A stretch of DNA of 64,000 nt from Laetmonice hystrix. Its lineage: Eukaryota. Below, one piece after another: positions 11,601 to 23,156 of the stretch. Every line of letters starts with the position of its first letter. The first letter of the stretch is position 1. The position numbers and the translations under genes are program-made. Below the pieces are notes generated by a model. The model was not told the origin of the DNA. It made no database searches and saw only the letters and a list, made by a program, of their open reading frames with translations. The stretch spans positions 46,872,001 to 46,936,000 of the forward strand of contig OZ249437.1 in assembly GCA_965235115.1 (NCBI GenBank), in the 5' to 3' direction.

Positions 11601-14569
11601 CCTCATAAACGGGCCACAAAACTTGGCTAACTAAGGAGAACTACGACTTACTCTATTTTCATATTCCGATACAAACGATAAAAAGGTCATCTAAGTACGG
11701 AAACTCTATTAATATGCCCAGATGTTGCTTTCTCCATCAATTGGCAGTGAAATGACTAGCTGTGACCACTTTGTATTGCTCCTCAAAACATTGAGTAACA
11801 CGGTGTGGAGTCATAGTCATCTAGAACAGTTATATTGGCGTCATAAAAAATGACAAAACGTCCGATTGGTACATATTAAGGCATAATACACTGTTTCCCT
11901 TACGTTGTTCTCCATTTCCATCAGCATTACTTAATCTGCCTGATTGATCCTACTTTGGCAATGATTTCTCTCCCCATGCCACCCATTACGCCCTGATGCA
12001 GTACCGGCCCCATGTTAACAAACTAGCTGCCTTCACCATACCACCCGGCACATCTGTGCAATTGTGCGATGGAAAAAACAAATGGCTGCTTTAGATGAAC
12101 ATGATGAGGAGCTCAGGTTACCACAGAGTATACGACATCACCCTGTCGGAGGTAATGGAAATGGAGCATTCACTAATGCCAAACGTCGCCGTTCACAATG
12201 ACCTGGCATCTCAATCACACACACAGCAGGGAGGGGGTTAAGCCACGGCTGTAGCCAAATCGCAATCAATACGATTTAGTTAGTTTGCCCAGCATTTTAC
12301 TCCGCTTGCAAGAAGGGGTAATTTTCATGTTCCAACAACTTCGACTGTGGCGAATGTCATGCAAACACTGGCCTTTTGTCGCTGCCCATCCTATTCTGCC
12401 TGCTAATAGATTGTATAATATAAAAGCACACTCACGGGGACTTTACTCATCCTTTGCTAATTTATGTTTTGTTCACAAACGTGTTGCTTTCATGCCATGC
12501 GCAGTGCAATCAGGACACATGCAGGCATCAAAAGCTTTAATAAGCAGCAAGTTGTTTGAAGGATGATCAAGGGGCTCCGCTCTAGTGAGGCTCATGCCTA
12601 TCCAAACAAACATGGCTGACAAAAGCCCATCGGTGTGCGTGTTTCATCGGCATGGGTCTCCACCACCCACCTCCACTCACCATACACACAGCGACCAAGC
12701 CTCACCAAGGCAGCAACAAAAGGCGATGGTTCACCAACCACAGCCCAGCCCGCCGCCCGGACAGCCAGCCTGGCAGCTCCCAAGTCATAACCTCTCAACC
12801 TCAACACCACTTACAAATACAACGACGGCCTCATCCTCGCCAGGTCTCAGCAGGCTTTACAAGTAAACTAAAAGCTATTACTTGAAGTTGGAATAAGACA
12901 CATACATTTACATGAACATGCGCCATTTTCAAAGGCGTACAAAAAATAAAGGATCCTTTCTAACTGTTGTTAATTTATTTTCTTTGAAACTATCGTTTAA
13001 TGAATACATCATTTTAGCAGTCTCAATATGCGGGATTTTATTACTCACCTAACATGGCTATAACAGCACGTCGAACAGAGCTGCATTCATAGTTATGGCT
13101 GTGTGGAATGTCATCGAAGTCATAGTCATGGTTGTGTGGAATGTAATCCATTCATATAGTATTTCGCTCATTGGTCTAGCCGCTGACTCACACTTCAGTA
13201 AATGGACGAATGCTATAGATAACCTGATCGGTCTAACAAGGGACATGACAACGAAGCCATATGACCACTACAATCAGAGGTAACTGGCTGTTGCCTACTG
13301 TTGGTAAGAGTCCATACAAGAGGTACCGACTGTCAAACATACACAGCGCCATTAACGGCGCTATCACGCCCGTTTTTGCCCATTTACGTCTGACAGTCGA
13401 CTGCACCTGAATAACCTGTTGAGACTCGTTCTTTTCATCAGCATTTCCTCCCGTTGGGATTAGCTTTCCAGGAAACATGTTCGTTACATGGGTTTCTGAT
13501 AATGAACACTACATTTGAAGTCAGTTTAATATAACGAAGATGAAAACACGCCCGCAAGCCGCGCATTACGTATGGTGGTCGGCAGCAAATGCCTCTTGGT
13601 GCTGTCAGAGGCCTGCCACAGCCAGCGACAGGAATTCTTTTTAATTTGACAACCATTTCCTGACCCTGAATGCTAATATTTATCTAGCCTTTAATTAGTG
13701 TCAACATGCCGACAGGGTGGCATCCGTCAGCTGTAGAATGTATGAGATGGGACTGCCGCCTCCATCTCCTTCATTCCCATTATCATCAAGTCTCCTTTCA
13801 TGATCTCATCATTCGGTACAATCAATGGAGGGCAAGCGGTCGTGTAGTTAACGGTTAGAGAAATTGTCTGGGCATTACATGGTACCTTGACGGTACCATG
13901 CATGCACGGCTTACCTGGGGCTGATCTCTGTCCCCAGATACATGTACATCATGTAGATCTGGATCCTGGACCATGTACGTGTCTACCACCACGCTAAACC
14001 TTAAACGTCAGCGGAAAACCTTGTTACGTTATGCCCTGACCCCTTCACAATGTTCCTAGCTGTCGTCGGAATGGTAAATACTGGTATCAAGTGATAGTTT
14101 GGATTTGATCACAGAATTACTTACAGATGACCAATTCAATGGTGACAGGCCATGATGAAGACATCTCGGTATCTCATGATGTCAAAGTAACAATGTTTTC
14201 ATTTACACAATTTATTTGGGTCATTAATCCGGCGATATAACCAGCTTTTCGTTCATAGCAATTGTGAATCATATGTTACACCAGTCTGTCCAGTGAACTT
14301 TATATACCTGTGACATTCTAGTGTGACTCTAGCGTACCATTTCTCAACTCTGGCTTACCAAGCCGGAATGCGAGGAGGAAATGCCAGGGCCCTTGACACC
14401 AAGGGGTCACCAGGAGTTGACAAGGGCACGGATGAAGAGCACATTAGTCATTATTAGGCAACACAGATTTTGAATGATGACAGCAACTCGTAGGGTGCGG
14501 GGTCGTTAGAGAGATGTTTATAGTTTTCGTTCTGTTCATTAGATTTTCATGAACTTTGAAAAACGTAAA

Positions 14570-16460
14570 CATTGGAGGTGAGAGGAGAGACAATATAAAA
14601 GTATCCAACCGACCATAAGGTGTGCCATTGGAGGAGAGAAGAAAAACAATATGGTAAGAGTATCCAGCCTACCATCAGGTGTGCCATTGGAGGAGACAGG
14701 AGAGACAATATGGTTAGAGTATCCCACCTATCATAAGGTGTGCCATTGGAATATGGTCAGAGTATCCAGCCTACCATTAGGTGTGCCATTGGAGGAGAGA
14801 GGAGAGACGATACGGTAGGAGTATCCAACCTACCATAAGGTGTGCCATTGGAGGAGAGAGGAGAGACAATATGGTAAGAGTATCCAACCTACCATAAGGT
14901 GTGCCATTGGAGGAGAGAGGAGAGACAATATGGTAAGAGTATCCAACCTACCATAAGGTGTGCCATTGGAGGAGAGAGGAGAGACAATATGGTAAGAGTA
15001 TCCAACCTACCATAAGGTGTGCCATTGGAGGAGAGAAGAGAGACAATATGGTAAGAGTATCCAACCTACCATAAGGTGTGCCATTGGAGAAGAGAGAGGA
15101 AAGACAATATGGTAAGGGTATCCAGCCTACCATCAGGTGTGCCATTGGAGGTGAGAGGAGAGACAATATGGTCAGAGTATCCAGCCTACCATTAGGTGTG
15201 CCATTGGAGGAGAGAGGAGAGACGATACGGTAGGAGTATCCAACCTACCATAAGGTGTGCCATTGGAGGAGATAGGAGAGACAGTATGGTAAGGGTATCC
15301 AACCTACCATCAGGTGTGCCATTGGAGGAGAGAGGGGAGACAATATGGTAAGAGTATCCAGCCTACCATCAGGTGTGCCATTGGAGGAGATAGGAGAGAC
15401 AGTATGGTAAGGGTATCCAACCTACCATAAGGTGTGCCATTGGAGGAGAGAGGAGAGACAATGTGGTAAGGGTATCCAACCTACCATAAGGTGTGCCATT
15501 GGAGGAGAGAGGAGAGACAATATGGTAAGAGTATCCAACCTACCATAAGGTGTGCCATTGGAGGAGAGAGGAGAGACAATATGGTAAGAGTATCCAACCT
15601 ACCATAAGGTGTGCCATTGGAGGAGAGAAGAGAGACAATATGGTAAGAGTATCCAACCTACCATAAGGTGTGCCATTGGAGAAGAGAGAGGAAAGACAAT
15701 ATGGTAAGGGTATCCAGCCTACCATCAGGTGTGCCATTGGAGGTGAGAGGAGAGACAATATGGTCAGAGTATCCAGCCTACCATTAGGTGTGCCATTGGA
15801 GGAGAGAGGAGAGACGATACGGTAGGAGTATCCAACCTACCATAAGGTGTGCCATTGGAGGAGATAGGAGAGACAGTATGGTAAGGGTATCCAACCTACC
15901 ATCAGGTGTGCCATTGGAGGAGAGAGGGGAGACAATATGGTAAGAGTATCCAGCCTACCATCAGGTGTGCCATTGGAGGAGATAGGAGAGACAGTATGGT
16001 AAGGGTATCCAACCTACCATAAGGTGTGCCATTGGAGGAGAGAGGAGAGACAATGTGGTAAGGGTATCCAACCTACCATAAGGTGTGCCATTGGAGGAGA
16101 TAGGAGAGACAATATGTTAGAGTATCCAACCTACTATCAGGTGTGCCATTGGAGGAGAGAGGAGAGACAATACGGTAAGAGTATCCAACCTACCATAAGG
16201 TGTGCCATTGGAGAAGAGAGAGGAGAGACAATATGGTAAGGGTATCCAGCCTACCATCAGGTGTGCCATTGGAGGTGAGAGGAGAGACAATATGGTAAGA
16301 GTATCCAACCTACCATCAGGTGTGCCATTGGAGGAGAGACGAAAGACAATATGGTAAGATTATCCAACCTACCACAAGGTGTGCCATTGGAGGTGAGAGA
16401 AAAGACAATATGGTAAGAGTATCCGACCTACCATCAGGTGTGCCATTGGAGGTGAGAGGA
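14570..16460. repeat. About 59-bp minisatellite, about 32 copies, containing a 592-bp higher-order duplication
   Basis: Unit ggtaagagtatccaacctaccataaggtgtgccattggaggagagaggagagacaatat. The same series of variant units recurs at a 592-bp offset (identical ORF-track peptides at 14948 and 15540). Confidence 0.97.
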
Positions 16461-16565
16461 CATGGCTCTAGTTGAGTGTGTGTTGTTGGGGCTGACGGTG
16501 AACTGCTGCTGCTGCCGCCCACCTGACTGACACTGCCTGGGCTCGACAAGGACTGAAGGTCCGAC
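16432..16565 (-). CDS. Candidate exon (134 nt, phase 2-1), SDLQSLSSPGSVSQVGGSSSSSPSAPTTHTQLEPCPLTSNGTPD; Ser/Pro-rich
   Basis: Acceptor gttgtcatgttGCAG, donor GATG|GTAGGT, open frame. Confidence 0.45.
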
Positions 16566-18125
16566 CTGCAACATGACAACATGATCTTTTAACGTCAGCA
16601 CCTCTTACACTGCGTTATGTTTTTAACTTTCATCAACAACATCCGGCATCTGGACACTGAACAGGCCTGAAACACTGGGATAACAATGGGTTATCACACA
16701 GGCCTGAAATACTTTTATAGAACCAGTCCATCAGCAGGGCTGAAATCTTATTACTGTACACTGAATAGTTTGAAAAACAGGTAATTAATAACTGTGCTGA
16801 AATGTCGTAGCTACTAGTCTTACACTTTATTGGACTGTTCGACCAATAAAGGGTTAAAAAATCTCAACATGGATTGATCATTGACTTTGTGTAACGGAGC
16901 GTCAAGCTGACTGAAAACATATGGGCTCTCTTACCTGGAGGTCAAAGAAAACAGGAAACATTACATGACATGAAACACAGCCACTCAACTACAGGATCAC
17001 CACAGAACTATTGTTATACCCTTCAATAATAGTACTGTAACATCACAGTACGCTCTCATAAACAAACTGAACAGGGTTTTAATTTACTGCGAAGATGGTC
17101 TTCAAGTCTTCAGCCCTTATGTCAACTACATGTTTGGGACCTTGACGTTACCATACACCAGTATAAACATAAAACACGGCCCAAACGACAAGAATTGTGG
17201 AAAACGAACAAAGAAAAAAATAAACAAACAAAATTATAAAGAAACTTGTTTCTGGAATAAGTTTTACTTTTGGGTTGAAGAGTTACGGTCTCTTGTTTGA
17301 CCAGAGCAGTGGGGTGGGTGACATGGCCTAGACAATACCGAGTGTGGGAGTTTTCGGTGGGCATCACCTGCCACCACAGAGGGCCCCAAACAAAAATTCT
17401 GTCACCTACAGGCGCCAGTTGTCCAAGCTACGCCCGAATTCATTACTAGCCGCAGCCCATTTCTTTATCTGCGCACAAACTATTAGCGTAGCATCGCCAA
17501 CCTCGCCGGGGCCCCTCTGAATGCAGCCACACCCCCTGAGTGTCCGTGAATACAACCCTCAGACAGGGGGCTTTCACGGTCACCCTATGGGGTAGGAAGC
17601 TTTAGGGGCAGGGGCGAGTAAGAGCCTGTCTGAGCCTTCACTTCAGTATAGTACCCTAATTGGCCCTTAATCCTTGCCCCCGGCCAGCTAACAGCCAGCA
17701 TGGGATTCAGCCTACTCTATGGGAAGCAGGGTAACTAACTCAGTGCCCAGAAGGAGCATCCTGGAGTGAGAATCCACCACTGGACCCTAGGGCAGCCAGT
17801 CCCTGTAACTCACTAACCCAGTGGATGGGGCGACATGTTCTCTCTCAGCGGGCGGGGATACCACCGAACTACGACAAGGATGGTCGTGAATCATCCCCAT
17901 GTGGAGTCAGTACACGTTTACAAGTTGTTTTAAACCAGCTGGTAACAATGGAAGACCTAAGCCGGTGTCCTAGTCTCCACCTACCACCCGTGTACATTCC
18001 TATCAAATTTAAATGGTCGACGTACTCAATTATTCAGATTTAAACTCCTCATACTATATGCCCCAAAAGTACGCTGATTGTCAACTTTTTGTAGTCGGCA
18101 CGGAACACGCAGCTCTGATTCCGCC

Positions 18126-18141
18126 ATGGTGTTTAGAGACG
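18126..18141 (+). CDS. Candidate short start exon MVFRD(x)
   Basis: Strong Kozak context ccgccATGG, followed 16 nt later by consensus donor ACG|GTAAGT. Confidence 0.3.
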
Positions 18142-20922
18142 GTAAGTACAGGTCAGCTGTAAATATAGATCAACGGTAAGTATAGACCGTGACACCGGTC
18201 CATTGACCATGTCTGTCATGATATGCCCGCCTCCTTACGGGGGAAACCCTCTCCTAGTCCAGCTTAATCCGAATGGACCCTTTGAAATATTACATATTTC
18301 ACAAAAGCTCTTCAGATACCATCAGTGGTACAAATGTATATCTAGCCGGATGCTTTTCTATAAGCTGACTTATTTTACCTTTTCTTCTGAGGTTCCGACT
18401 TGGTCAGTTACTTTTCTTGACATTCCGCCGTTTTTCGCTTCCCTGACGTATTCAGTTGTTGACATACTTTCAACTTCACTGACCGACAACTGTTCACCAC
18501 ACACATCCCACCTAAACTAAACTTAACCTAAATGTTGCCGTTTCATCATGCATTATCCTCAGCCAGCCGCCAATCCCATCTTCCTAGGGTCCTCCTAGGG
18601 ACATATTCCTAGATTATGTTTGTGGAAGTTTAAAAAAGGAGATATTGGTGGCCTGGTCCTGATCCAACAGGTCCCGATCCACCACAACCAACCACGACCT
18701 AGCACAAACCTTGGTGAAGCTCTGCGTCTGTTCCGGTCCGATGGCCCAAATACGACAAGGCGTCGACGTGGAGTGAGCTCTCCACAAACAGTTAATCCAC
18801 ACAGTGTAAACAATCCACAGGTTATTTAATATCCAACTGTAGCATATAGCTGTGGATGACACCTCCTCTGTAACAGCGTCGTCTCAAACCAAGAGATAGA
18901 GATAGACTCCGTGACGAGTTGGCCTGACTGGACGGACAAATGGTGGCCCCTCGACTGGCGGTGGGACTCTGTGACTGTGGTGTCGGGGGTGCACAGTCCC
19001 TCCAACAGCAACTGTCGGGGTTCAACGTGTGACCTGCATACGGAGATGAATCAGAGCCTGTCGAGAGGGAGCCTCCCAACGTCCGCAACCTGCCACGCTG
19101 GCCTGCTCTCTGTCCATAGAGACACCGCTATACTCTATACACACAGACCCTGGCTCTCTCAACAATACTGTTTATAACGACAACTTTACCACAATCAAAA
19201 CATAATCATAATGGTAAAAAGGCAACACGTGTTCAAACAACGCCCACAATATCTCATTCAAATTGACAAAGCAAATTATAAAAAAGTACATACGACTACA
19301 TTTGCCCAGCCCTGACTGAATTAATCATAAATATCATATGTAAGTCATCTTCTAGGATAGCTTTGCATCTGATTTACATTCGCTGTATTATTAATCTATA
19401 TCATCGAGAGACTTCTACCAAATCCTAGCACTAGATGCCGGTCTGTAGAGGTGGACTGAGTGCGTGATGCCGACCTTACTCTCTGTGTCTGCCTTTAACT
19501 GTAATAACAGGGTGTTTGGCTGGGGCCAGGTGCTCCGTGGGACCCTGCCCCCTCTACTAGCCTCCACCGTCTAACCTCCCTTTAACCCCTACAATTTACT
19601 CTACCCTCAAACATTACGCGCCATATTACCGCGATCCCTCATCTCCCCTTCAAAAACACACACACACTTTATGAAGGTTTAACTACACCGCCAACTGTCG
19701 ACAAGAAGTGGAGTAACACGGCAGGCTATCAGCCATCTACGGACCCCGCACACAAAGGTTGCCCATTTGTTGGCACATTATGATTATACTTGATGAAGTA
19801 GATATTACCCAAGGTGGCCCCGGGACAAGGCTGTTCACACCGGCCGTGCAAGCAACTAGGAGGCCTTGTCTCCACCACGTTTGCCAGTGGCGCAAAGATA
19901 GAAATCTTCACTCCCACCTGTCCCTCCCTAACGGTGAGGCTCATAAACCCGGTTCTAGCCATCTCCTTACCTTTCATTTAAGACCCATTCAACTTCAAGT
20001 GGGAAAGAGGTCGCAGACCCAAGGGGATGGCTCCATACGCCATCTTTCTTACGCCTCAACATACATCATCTGAACCTTACGAGGATTACCAAGAAACCAG
20101 ACTGCTAGTCTGAAACCACTCTTAAAGTGTGTCAATGTTACCTGTATGTAAGTTTGATTCAATTCTACCGAGCCGCTGGCGGCCATGACTGTGTACAGGC
20201 ATGACTCCATACATGTCTCGATCTGACGAGATGAACCCCAACAACTCTCGACCATTATTCTCTGGTCTACATCTTCCCCTCTACCGCTCAGTTTCTGAAG
20301 TTACCCTTGTGGTGGGGAGGGGGGTTGGGGGTGGGGGTTGGTTGGGATGAGTTGTGTCAGACCAATACTTCCAGATCAGGAGGAAGCTCAGCATGCTCAT
20401 CTTCAACATCCTCTTATCTGTTACATCATCACCAACTTCATGTCCGGTTTAGTTACATCTGATTACATCTGACATGTTACGGTCTGATTTCAAACATATG
20501 TGACAGATCTACATATTAACTAATACTATGATTCCTTCAACATTCTGTAATAGCTCCACGATACGACGGCTATTTCATCCAGCCTATCAAAATCCCCCCC
20601 CTCCACCTCTGACGTTCTATATGCGCGTGACAGCCTGGGTATGGTTATGTAGCTGAGAGAGAGAGAGTTCAAACTGCTTTGTCTGGTTTGATAAGGCTTT
20701 CGCTTCATTCCCTTGTGTCCATTGTCAGCACATGATTGACAAATTTAATTAAATGCATGTCAGTTATAATCAGCCAGGCAAAGATGTTCAAAATAACATT
20801 TGCTGAACCACAATTTAATTTATTTGTCATTAGTATCGATGCAGCAGAGACATCCACTGTGGCATTGTCATAGAAGAATACATGTACATGATATTCTGTT
20901 TCAAAAAGTTTTCTCCTATTAG

Positions 20923-20990
20923 ATAACAACTTCACAGAGGGAGCCATTTGGAAGAGGGAGGATTCGGTCAAGTCTGGTGTTAAATACAAG
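20923..20990 (+). CDS. Candidate 68-nt exon, (D)NNFTEGAIWKREDSVKSGVKYK, phase-compatible with the 18126 start exon
   Basis: Acceptor ttttctcctatTAG, donor AAG|GTACAA (weak). An alternative frame looks kinase-like (see findings). Confidence 0.22.
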
Positions 20991-21622
20991 GTACAAAAGG
21001 TAATAGACTGAGTTGAAATATTTGTGATGTGTTATTAACGGTACACAAGACATTTTGTAAATCACGTGACTTCGGGTAAAGTGGTAGCTATGACTAGACC
21101 CTATAAGGAAAATAGCGTGGCTTACAAAAATGACAAACGATGGCAATATCCAGAACGTTAGAATCGTGCCCTTGTCATTACTGGGTTAATATCAACACTG
21201 CTAACAGAAGTCCTACATGCAATCATACACTGGTGAAATCTGGTTTTAGTAAAACTGCCCCAGATAACATGATACTGCTGCCACAGAAGACAGTTCAAGG
21301 ATCTAATATCATTTCTCCTCTTCTTTGTGTCTCATCAGACAAATGTCAAAGAAATGAGGTGCCTGTTCCGTCTGACAGGCAGACATAGTCAAGAGAAGAT
21401 ATGGCATTTTGCTAGGGCTATATGAAAGCGTTGGGTCGGCGAATTGCCTTAATGCCACCCACCACTGTCTTTCCTCAGCACCTGACAGTTATCCTGCTGG
21501 TGTGTGCGCAGACAATGATGCCGACAGCTATGATGACATGCGGTAGGGTTGGTGATATGAGTGCAGCCAGTGGGGGTGACCCACCCGGCTACAGCAGGGT
21601 TCTCCCCACTGGGGATGTCGGA

Positions 21623-23156
21623 GTAGGGTTCTCTCACAGGCTCCAGGCCTCAGGATACAGCTCGTGGACAGACAGTAGGGTTCTCTCACAGGCTCAAGGC
21701 CTCAGGATACAACTCGTGGACAGACAGTAGGGTTCTCTCACAGGCTCCAGGCCTCAGGATACAACTCGTGGACAGACAGTAGGGTTCTCTCACAGGCTCA
21801 GTCATGGTCTGACAGACCTCAGGATACAGCTCGTGGACAGACAGTAGGGTTCTCTCACAGGCTCCAGGCCTCAGGATACAACTCGTGGACAGACAGTAGG
21901 GTTCTCTCACAGGCTCCAGGCTTCAGGATACAGCTCGTGGACAGACAGTAGGGTTCTCTCACAGGCTCCAGGCCTGAGGATACAACTCGTGGACAGACAG
22001 TAGGGTTCTCTCACAGGCTCCAGGCCTGAGGATACAGCTCGTGGACAGACAGTAGGGTTCTCTCACAGGCTCAGTCATGGTCTGACAGACCTCAGGATAC
22101 AGCTCGTGGACAGACAGTAGGGTTCTCTCACAGGCTCCAGGCCTGAGGATACAGCTCGTGGACAAACAGTAGGGTTCTCTCACAGGCTCAGTCATGGTCT
22201 GACAGACCTCAGGATACAGCTCGTGGACAGACAGTAGGGTTCTCTCACAGGCTCAGTCATGGTCTGACAGACCTCAGGATACAGCTCGTGGACAGACAGT
22301 AGGGTTCTCTCACAGGCTCCAGGCCTCAGGATACAGCTCGTGGATAGACAGTAGGGTTCTCTCACAGGCTCCAGGCCTCAGGATACAGCTCGTGGATAGA
22401 CAGTAGGGTTCTCTCACAGGCTCCAGGCCTGAGGATACAGCTCGTGGACAGACAGTAGGGTTCTCTCACAGGCTCCAGGCCTGAGGATACAGCTCGTGGA
22501 CAGACAGTAGGGTTCTCTCACAGGCTCAGTCATGGTCTGACAGACCTCAGGATACAGCTCGTGGACAGACAGTAGGGTTCTCTCACAGGCTCCAGGCCTC
22601 AGGATACAGCTCGTGGATAGACAGTAGGGTTCTCTCACAGGCTCCAGGCCTGAGGATACAGCTCGTGGACAGACAGTAGGGTTCTCTCACAGGCTCAGTC
22701 ATGGTCTGACAGACCTCAGGATACAGCTCGTGGACAGACAGTAGGGTTCTCTCACAGGCTCAGTCATGGTCTGACAGACCTCAGGATACAGCTCGTGGAT
22801 AGACAGTAGGGTTCTCTCACAGGCTCCAGGCCTGAGGATACAGCTCGTGGACAGACAGTAGGGTTCTCTCACAGGCTCAGTCATGGTCTGACAGACCTCA
22901 GGATACAGCTCGTGGACAGACAGTAGGGTTCTCTCACAGGCTCCAGGCCTGAGGATACAGCTCGTGGACAGACAGTAGGGTTCTCTCACAGGCTCAGTCA
23001 TGGTCTGACAGACCTCAGGATACAGCTCGTGGACAGACAGTAGGGCTCTCTCACAGGCTCCAGGCCTGAGGATACAACTCGTGGACAGACAGTAGGGTTC
23101 TCTCACAGGCTCAGTCATGGTATGACAGACCTCAAGATACAGCTCGTGGACAGACA
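21623..23156. repeat. Two-variant minisatellite: 27 units, 17 x 52 bp (A) and 10 x 65 bp (B)
   Basis: Shared arms gtagggttctctcacaggctc and aggatacagctcgtggacagaca, joined by caggcctS (A) or agtcatggtctgacagacctc (B). 17x52 + 10x65 = 1534 bp, which matches the span. Confidence 0.98.

Noticed and set aside
21623-23156. CRISPR-like appearance (constant arms with alternating inserts)
   Set aside because: Only two recurring inserts (8 and 21 nt), no unique spacers, no cas genes, and a eukaryotic context.
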